Assembly (NCBI RefSeq): GCF_001194135.2
Contig: NC_068986.1
Coordinates: 45,505,857-45,537,957, forward strand
DNA: 32,101 nt
Direction: 5' to 3'
Source of the DNA: Octopus bimaculoides
Lineage: Eukaryota
This document shows positions 21,011-32,101 of the stretch, in pieces; position 1 is the stretch's first letter, and each line of letters begins with the position of its first letter. The position numbers and the translations under genes were made by a program. The notes beneath the pieces were generated by a model. The model did not search any database. It had not been told where the DNA came from and saw only the letters and a list, made by a program, of their open reading frames with translations.

Positions 21011-21563
21011 AAAACGAAACAAACTTATAAAAAGAAAATTTATACATAAACTTGATAAAATACATACATACATTGTATGTATGTATGTATGTATGTATGT
21101 ATGTATGTATGTATGTATGTACGTACGTACTTAAATAAGATAAAATTGTCCCGATTGTTGCAAGTGATCTTCCGTTAGAAATTGTTTCACCAGCCAGGAA
21201 AGGAAAACACACACAAACCAAACCAAAACAAAACAAAACCAAAAACAAAGCTTCAACTACTTTCATAAGAAGGATGTCCATACCGAATAGTCCTTTTTGC
21301 ACATCAACTTCATTGGTTTCTTTTTCATCAGAACTGCCCTAAACTACATTAGCTTTAGCCAATAGCTGTAGAGTATCGACTGATACGTCATTATATGTAG
21401 GAACAGAAATAAGATATTTAGAAAACTTGATTTTTCATTGTTGAACGATGAATACAAGAATGAATTTAATTTCTGTTTTGCCATTTCTACTTTTTGCAGG
21501 TACGATGTTGTTTTTTTTATATAATTTTCATGTTTCTACATACACCGCATCACACACACACAC

Positions 21564-21594
<31 letters not shown>

Positions 21595-21683
21595 AGCGCG
21601 CACGCACACAAGAATGTGTGTTGCATGTGTGTATATTTGCATATAAGTATACATACATGCATACATACATACATACATATATT

Positions 21684-21715
<32 letters not shown>

Positions 21716-23202
21716 TGTATGTATGNNNNNNNNNNNNNNNNNNNNNNNNNNNNNNNNNNNNNNNNNNNNNNNNNNNNNNNNNNNNNNNNNNNNNNNNNNN
21801 NNNNNNNNNNNNNNNNNNNNNNNNNNNNNNNNNNNNNNNNNNNNNNNNNNNNNNNNNNNNNNNNNNNNNNNNNNNNNNNNNNNNNNNNNNNNNNNNNNNN
21901 NNNNNNNNNNNNNNNNNNNNNNNNNNNNNNNNNNNNNNNNNNNNNNNNNNNNNNNNNNNNNNNNNNNNNNNNNNNNNNNNNNNNNNNNNNNNNNNNNNNN
22001 NNNNNNNNNNNNNNNNNNNNNNNNNNNNNNNNNNNNNNNNNNNNNNNNNNNNNNNNNNNNNNNNNNNNNNNNNNNNNNNNNNNNNNNNNNNNNNNNNNNN
22101 NNNNNNNNNNNNNNNNNNNNNNNNNNNNNNNNNNNNNNNNNNNNNNNNNNNNNNNNNNNNNNNNNNNNNNNNNNNNNNNNNNNNNNNNNNNNNNNNNNNN
22201 NNNNNNNNNNNNNNNNNNNNNNNNNNNNNNNNNNNNNNNNNNNNNNNNNNNNNNNNNNNNNNNNNNNNNNNNNNNNNNNNNNNNNNNNNNNNNNNNNNNN
22301 NNNNNNNNNNNNNNNNNNNNNNNNNNNNNNNNNNNNNNNNNNNNNNNNNNNNNNNNNNNNNNNNNNNNNNNNNNNNNNNNNNNNNNNNNNNNNNNNNNNN
22401 NNNNNNNNNNNNNNNNNNNNNNNNNNNNNNNNNNNNNNNNNNNNNNNNNNNNNNNNNNNNNNNNNNNNNNNNNNNNNNNNNNNNNNNNNNTATATATATA
22501 TATATATATATTTACACGTATATATGTATACACATATTCAAACTCACACTCACATGCACAGCAACACAATCGCGCTCGAATAATTCATAGCGTCTTGCTA
22601 ACAAATCTGCATTCAACCACACCCATGTTTTTAAAATATATCTCTATTTTTTCAGCTGGCGTTTGATGCAATCTTCGTAACAAACTCTATAGCATCTAGC
22701 AGTTTTTAATTTGAATAGAACATAGTTGGTAAAAAAGTGATATGTTAGTCAAACCCAGTATGTAAGAAAAGTATCCACACTAGGCTTCTTATGTTTTCCT
22801 CTTTACGACAAATTTCTTCTCATTGCTTAAATGCTTTTTGCTGTATGCGATTGAATTTATATGCAAGGGTGAGTGCAACAGGGAATCTAAAAATTGTTGC
22901 CAATACAATTTGCCCTTTTGTTCGTTGTAATTTCTGGGGTAAAACAACACTTTAGTTAGTAGAACTTCCCATGTCAGGATTTCTATTATACATTTTGTTA
23001 CCTCCTTATTGTTGACTATAACAGAATGTAGGATTACGTCAGATGTTTTTTTTACTTTTGATCAAATTTTCATCGGGGTTGAGAGTACACTCAAGCTACA
23101 GTGTGTGTGTGTGTGTGTGTGTGTGTGGAGTGGGTGGGTACATAAGTGAAGTAAAATCAAAGGATTGTATAATGTAAGTTCGCGAGATTGTGAAAGGAGA
23201 GT

Positions 23203-23585
23203 GTGGAGGCGCAATGGCCCAGTGGTTAGGGCAGCGGACTCGCGGTCATAGGATCACAGTTTCGATTCCCAGACCGGGCGTTGTGAGTATTTATTAAGCG
23301 AAAACACCTAAAGCTCTACGAGGCTCCGGCAGGGGATGGTGGCGAACCCTGGTGTACTCTTTCACCACAACTTTCTCTCACTCTTACTTCCTGTTTCTGG
23401 TGTGCCTGTAATTCAAAGGATCAGCCTTGTCACAGTGTGTCACGCTGAATCTCTCCGAGAACTACGTTAAGGGTACACGTGTCTGTGGAGTGCTCAGCCA
23501 CTTGCACGTTAATTTCACGAGCAGGCTGTTCCGTTGATCGGATCAACTGGAACACTTGACATCGTAAGCGACGAAGTGCCAACTC
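23203..23585 (+). mobile_element. Full-length SINE family A with TSD
   Basis: A and B boxes; TSD gaa(a/g)ggagagt at 23192-23202 and 23586-23596. Confidence 0.93.
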
Positions 23586-23693
23586 GAAGGGAGAGTGGGA
23601 GGTGAAGAGGAGAAGAAGTAATGACAGAATTCGAATAGAGGGAGGAGGTGTTTGGGGGTTATCTTGTGGGAAAGGAGTGCATCGTGTGCAGGT

Positions 23694-23951
23694 GAAGGTG
23701 CGTGGCTTAGTGGTTAGGGTGTTGGACTCATGACCGTAAGGTTGTGGTTTCGATTCCTGGACCGGGCAACGTGTTGCGTTCTGAGCAAAGCACTTCATTT
23801 CACGTTACTCCAGTCCACATAGCTGACAAAAATGAATAATCCTGCTACGGACCGGTTTCCCATTCAGGTGGGGAATATATATGCCATGAAACCGGGAAAC
23901 CGGCCCTTGTGAGTTGACATGACTAGAAAAGCTAACTTTACCTTACCTTTA
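23694..23951 (+). mobile_element. tRNA-derived SINE family C (V-domain-like core) with 14-bp TSD
   Basis: Head gtgcgtggcttagtggttagg..ggtttcgattcc; core cctgctacggaccggtttcccattcaggtgg; (CTTTAC)-like tail; TSD catcgtgtgcaggt at 23680-23693 and 23952-23965. Confidence 0.9.
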
Positions 23952-24197
23952 CATCGTGTGCAGGTATGTTTGCGAGGATGCGAAGGGACAGAGGTAAATA
24001 GAGGGGTAGGGAATACAGCGAATGGTGAACTCAGGGTGGGGGAGGTGTTAGGAAGATGGATTGTGGCTGAGAAGTTTTTCAGGGACAGATTGTGTGTAGG
24101 GGCATAGAGATGCCTTTATAGCCTCGATTTTACGTAGGTGGACAGGACATCTCAAGTACAGCAAATCGCCAATCATCTAGATCCTTTGTCATCTCCT

Positions 24198-24279
24198 CTA
24201 TGCCAAGCAGTGGCATGGTACTGAACCCAGAACCATGTGGTTGGGAAGCAAACTTCTTACCATATAGCTACACCTGCAC
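24198..24279 (-). mobile_element. SINE family E head fragment
   Basis: Reverse complement gtgcaggtgtagctatatggtaagaagtttgcttcccaaccacatggttctgggttcagt. Confidence 0.75.
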
Positions 24280-24290
24280 TTAATATAATG

Positions 24291-24321
<31 letters not shown>

Positions 24322-24409
24322 CCAAGCCATAAAGTAGAATAGGGAATTATATATCTGAAAATTTATTTAAGTATTTAAGTATTATTCTCATTAAATTCTT
24401 TTGCGTAAT

Positions 24410-24424
24410 ATATGTATGTATGTT

Positions 24425-24455
<31 letters not shown>

Positions 24456-24464
24456 ATGTATGTT

Positions 24465-24497
<33 letters not shown>

Positions 24498-24510
24498 ATG
24501 TATGTATGTT

Positions 24511-24549
<39 letters not shown>

Positions 24550-24565
24550 ATGTATGTATGTATGA
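24410..24565. repeat. Compound (TATG)n/(TG)n microsatellite
   Basis: Direct reading. Confidence 0.9.
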
Positions 24566-25181
24566 GTTATTTATATAAGAATAATTCTCAAGTAAATATA
24601 GGCCGATAGGAAAACAGTTATTGTATGAGGAGTGTTTTAACCTACATTTTGAAAAGTTTTAGCACCACAAATAGAAACAGGGTAAAAAACATCAGGATGA
24701 TAAATACGTTTGGTATAGTTCATAAGTTCAATGAACCCTCCTATAAAATGAAGCATTCTAGGGCATGAAGCTGAAGAAATCGGTGCAAAATTTTGTAACG
24801 TTATTAAAACCGCTGAAGTATTGACTATTAGGTAGGAGGGGGTTCACAGAAACGTGCACACACGCCCACATAGACATATATACACAGTTTGTTAACCTTT
24901 TACTTGATAAACTTTGTATTAAAGATGTGGAGGCTGTGGGAATTACTTTACTATATTGTTATATATTGACCTAAATAATATTGTAGACTTGTTCTTTTTT
25001 TATTATTTAATCCAAAATTGATGCATGCAATGAAGAATTATTTGAAAATAACTTCAAACTTTCGTAATCTAATATGCAGTGCTAGCGAACATTTAAGAAT
25101 ATATTCCTTAATTCAAACCTTGTTCATTTGTGAACATAATTGCCGACTGCTGGCTGTATTAGCATTATTAGTAGTGTGAGG

Positions 25182-25392
25182 AAGGCAGCGAGCTGGCCGA
25201 ATTGTTAGCACGCCTGGCGAAATGCTTAGCGCTATTTCGCCCGTCGATACGTCCTGAGTTCAAATTCTGCCGAGGTCGACATTGCCTTTCATGCTTTCGG
25301 GGTCGATGAAATAAGTACCTGTGAAACACTGGAGGTCGACGTAATCAACTTAATCCCTTCCCGCAAATTAGAGGCCTTGTGCTTCCAGTAGA
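25182..25392 (+). mobile_element. SINE family D
   Basis: Matches the 29457-29666 copy; its 3' tail is interrupted by a family A SINE. Confidence 0.88.
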
Positions 25393-25670
25393 GTGGAGGC
25401 GCAATCGCCCAGTGGTTAGGGCAGCGGACTCGCGGTCATAGGATCGCGGTTTCGATTCCCAGATCGGGCGTTGTAAGTGTTTATTGAACGAAAACATTTA
25501 AAGCTCCACGAGGCTCCGACAGGGGATGGTGGCGAACCCTGCTGTACTCTTCCACCACAACTTTCTCTCACTCTTACTTCCTGTTTCTGTTGTACCTGTA
25601 TTTCAAAGGGTCAGCCTTGTCACACTGTGTCACGCTGAATATCCCCGAGAACTACGTTAAAGGTACACGT
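25393..25670 (+). mobile_element. SINE family A nested in the tail of SINE D (3' end in gap)
   Basis: Near-identical to 23203-23585. Confidence 0.9.
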
Positions 25671-26352
25671 NNNNNNNNNNNNNNNNNNNNNNNNNNNNNN
25701 NNNNNNNNNNNNNNNNNNNNNNNNNNNNNNNNNNNNNNNNNNNNNNNNNNNNNNNNNNNNNNNNNNNNNNNNNNNNNNNNNNNNNNNNNNNNNNNNNNNN
25801 NNNNNNNNNNNNNNNNNNNNNNNNNNNNNNNNNNNNNNNNNNNNNNNNNNNNNNNNNNNNNNNNNNNNNNNNNNNNNNNNNNNNNNNNNNNNNNNNNNNN
25901 NNNNNNNNNNNNNNNNNNNNNNNNNNNNNNNNNNNNNNNNNNNNNNNNNNNNNNNNNNNNNNNNNNNNNNNNNNNNNNNNNNNNNNNNNNNNNNNNNNNN
26001 NNNNNNNNNNNNNNNNNNNNNNNNNNNNNNNNNNNNNNNNNNNNNNNNNNNNNNNNNNNNNNNNNNNNNNNNNNNNNNNNNNNNNNNNNNNNNNNNNNNN
26101 NNNNNNNNNNNNNNNNNNNNNNNNNNNNNNNNNNNNNNNNNNNNNNNNNNNNNNNNNNNNNNNNNNNNNNNNNNNNNNNNNNNNNNNNNNNNNNNNNNNN
26201 NNNNNNNNNNNNNNNNNNNNNNNNNNNNNNNNNNNNNNNNNNNNNNNNNNNNNNNNNNNNNNNNNNNNNNNNNNNNNNNNNNNNNNNNNNNNNNNNNNNN
26301 NAATACGAGAAAAGTATGTATGAGTGTGAGTGTATGTATATATGTATGTATG

Positions 26353-26973
26353 CCATTCAGTTTTATTTCAAGATTTCTTGCTAATAGAGAAAGAGCCGGT
26401 TTCTAACTTAGATTCAAGGCTCCTGGGTATTTTTGTATGTATGTATGTATGTGTGTAGATTTGTATGTTTTGTTTTATGCATGTCTTATCATGCATATAC
26501 TTGCATATCTAGATATGCTCATATATACTCAAATGATAAACTTCTGGAAAGTTTTACAGATTTTTACAGTTCCAGTGATGGATTAGATCTGTAGTCTGAT
26601 AAAGTAATCCCCCTTTCTAGTTTTGAGAAGCCTAATTTCTCAAAATAGATATTCAGGTAGTGTGTTACATATCCCAGTGTCCCAATAATTACAGGTATAA
26701 ACCTAAACTCTGTAATCTGAATAGAATAACTGCAGATTTCTCAATAGTTCAGCGTAGGTATCTTTTTCACTAATTTTCAGCTTTATGTTCGCATTCACTG
26801 AACAGCTGATTTCCACAACTGTACATAGTTTCCCTTCTCTATCTCAAGTCATTATATCAGGTCTGTTGTGCTTACATTTTATTGAGGTTTTCACTGGGAC
26901 ATTCCACCGGTACTCCTTTTTATTATGAGTGGCTATGGATTCTAACATGCTGTGGGTTCTTACTTCGTTGTCC
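26353..26973 (-). mobile_element. 5'-truncated R4/Dong-clade element (RLE and 3' UTR) flanked on both sides by (TACA)n
   Basis: EYRWNVPVKTSIKCKHNRPDIM..EKLCTVVEISCS..FIPVIIGTLGYV..KLGF; (tatg)n at 26331-26352 and about 26974-26995. Confidence 0.88.
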
Positions 26974-26999
26974 TGTATGTATGTATGTATGCATGTTTG

Positions 27000-27345
27000 C
27001 ATCCAAGGTCTAAAGTTTGACACTTGCTGGATTATGTCATCATTCGCAAGCATGACATCTATGACATTCAGAAGAGTGCAATTTCCTATTCGTATCAACT
27101 TCGCAATGTCTATCAATAAATTCCAGGACTTCACTTGGAAGATTCGTGCTTCTCATACGGGCAATTATATGTTGGCTGCTCTAGAATGCGAATAAAAGAA
27201 TCTATTTGCATTTGTTCCACAAGGGAAAACAAAGAATATTGTTTATCAAGAGGTTTTTTAGGAATTAGTAGATGCTATGATGCGCTCCAGTATCCACTGC
27301 TCTTTGTGAATGGTAAAGATGGATACCATTTCAGCATAATACTAC
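27000..27345 (+). mobile_element. Helitron RepHel fragments (helicase C-terminus followed by a Rep-side piece)
   Basis: FRRVQFPIRINFAMSINK, CFSYGQLYVGCSR, QGKTKNIVYQEVF* (PIF1 helicase end), then RCYDALQYPLLFVNGKDGYHF. Confidence 0.85.
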
Positions 27346-27776
27346 CGAACCCGTTAAAAATTCTACACAATATGTCTATTGTGTTTCTAAAGTTTATGTC
27401 AGAAGGTTTTTACTAGGAGTACGTAATTACTGTAACGCTCATGTTCTGCTGCCAATTAGGCGCGTTTTCATATCGTCGTCCCAATCTTTGCACACTTTAT
27501 TGAAAATCTGCTCTTATCTTCTATAGTAAGCCTCGAAGGTAACTCCTTCGTCTGGTTCATACTTAAATTCTGTTATTGAGTTTGCAAGATAATCTGGTAA
27601 GAACATCTTTTCAGCACTTTTTTCCGATTTACTATTCATTAATTACAGTATTCGTTGCTGTAATTATTGTTGCTGTTATTTCAATTGTTGTTGCTGTTTT
27701 TGCAACTCGAGCAAACCGGCCAACAATTTTTCAATAATTTTACAGGCGTATGGTGCATTGCTGGTATGTTGTCAGA

Positions 27777-27810
27777 CTGATGAATTCCAGTAAATTGAAA
27801 TCACGTGATA
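27777..27810 (+). ncRNA. Possible decayed hammerhead-like motif
   Basis: CTGATGA attccagtaaatt GAAA with a perfect palindrome atcacgtgat and an ATA triplet; stems I and II do not pair well. Confidence 0.25.
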
Positions 27811-27997
27811 TAAGGGTTTCGGCGCCATTCTCGTCTACTACGATCTATGTCTGCACTTTCATGTACCATGCACCTATATGAGGGGATCTCTCAGGGCTAC
27901 TAACGCAGTATTCGGCGTTCTAACAAGACATTCACGTTAAGTTGGATATAAAGATTACCTTTTGGTACTGATACTGCTTCTGTCGTCGCTAATAATT

Positions 27998-28048
<51 letters not shown>
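27998..28048. repeat. (GT)n microsatellite
   Basis: Direct reading. Confidence 0.95.
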
Positions 28049-28050
<2 letters not shown>

Positions 28051-28307
28051 CACCAATTTTTATGTTCAGAATAATATAGGTCACATATTGTTATTAGTTG
28101 CAGGCAGTAGACACATGCGTGAGTTGCAAGAAATGTTCATAAGTTGCCGCAGTTCTCTAGATGCTTATTCCACTACAGATTGCCAGTAAGTATACGTATA
28201 TATAAGTATAAAACATGAAAAAAGTAGACACTAAAATAAAATCACAAAAAACACATAAAACACACTGAAAATTAAAGCACATAAAACACGCTAAAATACA
28301 AAATACA

Positions 28308-28411
<104 letters not shown>

Positions 28412-28680
28412 TATACAGACGCCCATCCCCACGGATTACTGTATACTTTTTATTGTAATTAAGCAATAACTGAATCTAAACGCAATGTATGGATCGCTTC
28501 TCAACCTCCTTTGTGTAGACCGAAGTAATGCTAGGATGCAACATACTATTAACTGCGGAAACTGCCAGAAAATAACAAACAAATAATCGATTAATCAGGC
28601 TGCCTTGATGACCACATTTTCCGTTGGCTCTTGGCATTTTATATCACAGACTGAAGCTATAGAAGTATTTGTTCATAATT

Positions 28681-29145
28681 ATGTGGACTCTAGGGAGTGT
28701 TGAATCTCTGATGGACGAGAATACGTATTTGGCAGTAAGTCGTACGCACTTGGTCTCCATCGACTCTCATCTATGCCTCCGAGAAACTGCAACATGCATC
28801 AGTTAGCACAATCTACTACTGAACCACTTGAACAGGCTGTCTAGAGGAGAGTATCCAACAGATGTTAAACCATCGCAAATAGGGAACTACTCATATCTGA
28901 ATCCAAAAACTGTTTTATCACGCTGGTTGGATGAAAGTAATGAAATGATTCAGTGGTTCAGCAAAGTACTGGACATAAGACACCTTAGAACAAAAAGAAA
29001 AGACATGAACTTCATTGAAGCTAAAGAAATAACCAGTTCTAATATATTACTGAGTCAATTGGACTCTGGCCTTTATAACCACGAAAGTAGGGTTTATCTT
29101 GTGCAAAACTTCTTCAATCTAAAGCCTCCACGGATAAAATTTTGA
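28681..29145 (+). other. Unassigned reading frame of about 154 codons with one internal stop
   Basis: MWTLGSVESLMDENTYLAVSRTHL..CIS*HNLLLNHLNRLSRGEYPTDVKP..FFNLKPPRIKF; no family recognised. Confidence 0.2.
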
Positions 29146-29456
29146 GCATCTCTCCATTTTTCCCTCAGTTAAATATCCATTATGATAGGGAAAGAACATG
29201 GCAACAAATGGGATAAATACTTGAAGTCATAGTGTTGAACTTGCACACTGGTGGTGTGCGGCTATGTTGTCTCTCTTCTCTGTCCCGATAGCGGAAAGGA
29301 AGTTAGGTATACTCTTTGGGGCAGTGATGTTCATTAGTAATGTAAAGGACTTGTAAAGGTGTACTGAACATTACCTATTCTTCAAACTAACGAGTTAACG
29401 GTCTCTGAATTGCTTGGAAGCAACCAAATCTGCTTCGTATTATCATACTTTAGCAT

Positions 29457-29666
29457 AAGGCAGCGAGCTGGCAGAATCGTTAGCTCGCCGGGCAAAATGC
29501 TTAGCGGTATTTCACCTGTCTTTATGTTCTGAGTTCAAATTCCGCTGAGGTCGACTTTGCCTTTCATCCTTTCAGGATTGATAAATCATGTACCAATGAA
29601 CCACTGGGGTCGATGTAATCGACTAGTCCCCTCAAATTTCAAGGCTTTGTCCCTTCTGTAGAAAGG
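29457..29666 (+). mobile_element. Full-length SINE family D with 18-bp TSD
   Basis: TSD attatcatac(tt/cg)tagcat at 29439-29456 and 29667-29684. Confidence 0.92.
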
Positions 29667-29799
29667 ATTATCATACCGTAGCATCTTAAAAAAGGGACCT
29701 TGATCAGGCCTGACTTGAGGTCGACAAGAAACTGCAACAACAGAATAACAACTGGCCAGCTTATCCCAGCTAGAAGTTAGTCTAGTTTTGTGGTCAAGA

Positions 29800-30970
29800 T
29801 GAAATGGAAGGAAAGACAAAGAAAGTACTTATTCGTCACGCATAGAGCATCTATACTTGAATAGACTGATACAATGCAAGTCCTCTCAAGAAGACAGTCC
29901 TTGTAACTATGAAACTAACATAGTACAAGATTAGTATGGATGATTTTACTCTTTGAACTAGATGGTGGCTACACATCCTTCAGGGCAGATAGAGAACGAA
30001 GATCAGATTCATGGAATTAGATTATGTTGTATACACCTCCCGGTAAAAAGTGTTAGGCGATGGTCATTATAATAGACCAGTAGCCAGTCGTCAAGGTGGA
30101 GTCGAGAGTCGATAGTTCTAGTCGGTGTTTTGTGGAGCTATCAGCGATAGTAAGATAGAAGTTAGTGTATCACTATTCCGGTACGAAGAGATACAACGGT
30201 ATCCGATAACTAGTAACTATTGTGGCTACTATCGTAAACAGCAACTACAGTACAACGGCAGTCACACATCACACTAGTTGGAGGAATCCACTTTACAACA
30301 GGTTAGCTATTAGGAGTAAACAAATGGTTTTAAAAATTTCGTCGCTGCCATTGCTACCTTGACAAACAACGAAGAAATTATACATAATATTTCCTGCTCA
30401 ATAAAGACAATGATAGTTAGTTATAAGCGTGTCCTACTGTGAATTTAGATGTCAGTGCTACAAACAAACTATGAAACCTCACAGAATTGAGGAACAAATG
30501 GAAATAGTTTGTTCTTTCAGAATAAGTGTGTAGGGAATCACCACAGCATTAGCTAGCTTTTTTGAATAACCAATAACTATATTTCTACATGAATACATCC
30601 CAGGTTTTGACAACGATATCAACTGATTGTTATTATTTTCTGTAGACGAGACATCGCGATGTAATGATCTTCAGAACCATGTGGTAAGCAGAATGTTGGA
30701 ATAACCAAACTAATAAAGTTGATATTCAGTCTCTAAATTTCCTCGATGAATTTCAACGAAAGAAAATGGAAACTGAAGAATTTTAGCTGAGGAATGTGGA
30801 GACTGAGACTCGAGATACTTCAGTTACGATAAATTAAAGCATCCAGTCATCATGGACATATTCCAGTTGCATCAAAACAGTACAGAAATGGCAATGGACC
30901 ACTGATAAGAGATCCAGATAAAAGGTGGAATTGGTTGATGCTGTTGTGTAACCCGATATGGACATAGGTT
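29800..30970 (+). mobile_element. Heavily decayed RTE-like LINE (endonuclease and C-terminal traces)
   Basis: Frameshifted traces: YKIS..TRW, GTNGNSL..CVGN, and KWQW/GPLIRDPDKRWNW..NP resembling RTE RKW.WIGH.LR..RW..W.P. Confidence 0.4.
30025..30300. mobile_element. Solo LTR (276 bp)
   Basis: Termini TGTTGTA...TACAACA; flanking 5-mers gatta/ggtta (TSD with one mismatch); internal TATAATA. Confidence 0.65.
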
Positions 30971-31224
30971 AAGCAAATCTATAATAAAATGTTTAAAATT
31001 GGACCCTTCCGTCTTTATTCTAGACATAGTACACATTATTCAAAGTATGATTTTTTAAAAGACGTTACGGAGTGATTTGAGGGATGCTCAACTCACTCAC
31101 TGTTTCTGTATGCCTGTTATTGAACAAAAATGATAATATTTAAACTGAATGTTATAAGTAAGAAAGTAATATTGAAGGTATCTGGTATCTGAATTTTGCT
31201 AACCGTTGTTAATAATTTTTATAG

Positions 31225-31313
31225 ACGTGCACAGAATATTCATTTCTGCACTGAATTGCTCAATGGGCGAATAGGAAGTCGTGGAAACCAAGAACTTGAT
31301 CGCTTGAAATGCA
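31225..31313 (+). other. Candidate 89-nt exon
   Basis: aatttttatag| acceptor and GCA|gtaagt donor; one open frame RAQNIHFCTELLNGRIGSRGNQELDRLKC; no recognised homologue or partner exons. Confidence 0.25.
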
Positions 31314-31560
31314 GTAAGTATATAATTCAAATTTCTTGTTTTCGGTTCTCATCAATGCAGTGACACGGGATATCATCCTACTTCAAATTAGTAATTATTG
31401 CATAATATACAAATTCGAATTACTGGAGAAAGTCTGACTCTGAAACACATTCATGGTGATATAAACTTTCAGTTAATATATAAAGCAACAAAATATTTAC
31501 ACTAACTTGTAGGCTATATATTGCATGTCCGTAAAATAATTAGTTCGCCTGTTGCAATGG

Positions 31561-31880
31561 GGTTTGTTGTTGTTGCTGTTTGTTCCTTCTCGAGCCATGC
31601 CTGGCTCATAAGGGTCAGTTTCCCGGTTTTATCGGCGCATAGGTTCTCCACCTGGACGGGTCGCCGGTCCGTCACAGGTGAGCTGCTAGATGTAGGAGGA
31701 AAGAATGAGAGAAAGTTGTGGCGAAAGAGTCAGCAGAAGTTCGCCATTACCTTCTGCCATTAGCCACGTGGAGCTTAGGTGTTTTGCTCATAAACACACA
31801 CACTGCCCGGTCTGAGATTCGAACCCGCGATCCCTCTACCGCGAGTCCGCTGCTCTAACCACTAGGCCATGTGCCTCCAC
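31561..31880 (-). mobile_element. SINE family B (family A head and body, family C-type core and tail) with 8-bp TSD
   Basis: TSD tgcaatgg at 31553-31560 and 31881-31888; (AAC)n tail. Confidence 0.9.
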
Positions 31881-32101
31881 TGCAATGGTGTAACGTGACA
31901 AAATAAATTTCGGGTATTATTTACATTCTTTTTTTTTTCAAATTGGGCTGATAACATGCAAGTGTTATACAACAAAAAGTAGTCTTTTGCTAGTTAAGCC
32001 TGTGATACAGTTTTGCATATTGGTGCCCAAAACAATTAGTGAAAGTTTGGTGCATGTCACCAAATAATACTCGCTTCTGAGTGACGGTTATAGTTTACAC
32101 A

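Noticed and set aside
21130-21350. Minus-strand exon candidates GSSDEKETNEVDVQKGLF and AGETISNGRSLATIG
   Set aside because: Weak or missing AG acceptors and no recognisable product.
22790-22933. Minus-strand exon candidate NYNEQKGKLYWQQFLDSLL..
   Set aside because: Acceptor is plausible, but there is no good donor or homology.
23596-24130. Purine-rich tract as a third PLE fragment
   Set aside because: Composition resembles the PLE low-complexity arms, but no diagnostic motif is present.
2612-26384. Long ORFs in the track (200-380 aa) and YI/CV/MYVC repeat ORFs
   Set aside because: They run through N gaps or microsatellites and are not genes.
30645-30970. Chain of small plus-strand exons (27747, 28694, 30645, 30847, 31225)
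   Set aside because: The phases can be joined, but some splice sites are weak, the product is unrecognisable, and 30500-30970 fits a decayed RTE LINE better.

Overview
Repeat-saturated, AT-rich, non-genic metazoan DNA with seven N gaps and many (TA)n, (GT)n, (TATG)n and (AAT)n tracts. The SINE families resemble octopus tRNA-derived SINEs as I recall them, so an octopod origin is an inference, not a database result. No intact protein-coding gene is supportable; most ORFs in the track are microsatellite or gap artefacts, or decayed transposon fragments. Recognisable remnants: two Penelope-like elements (PLE), three R4/Dong-clade pieces, Tx1/L1, CR1/L2-type and RTE LINEs, Tc1/mariner, a Ginger/Gypsy-type integrase, Helitron pieces, a MITE, a solo LTR and about twelve SINE copies. 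Most interesting: (1) a minimal type I hammerhead ribozyme (7580-7626) in a retrozyme-like unit of about 175 nt, split by a Tx1-like LINE end with a 12-bp TSD; (2) a PLE hammerhead (1273-1331, minus) with a splice donor in loop II, plus further decayed hammerhead-like cores; (3) R4/Dong elements whose intact junctions sit in (TACA)n microsatellites; (4) a compact HSE-TATA-Inr promoter in repeat DNA; (5) recurrent 11-22 bp duplications at transposon truncation junctions.
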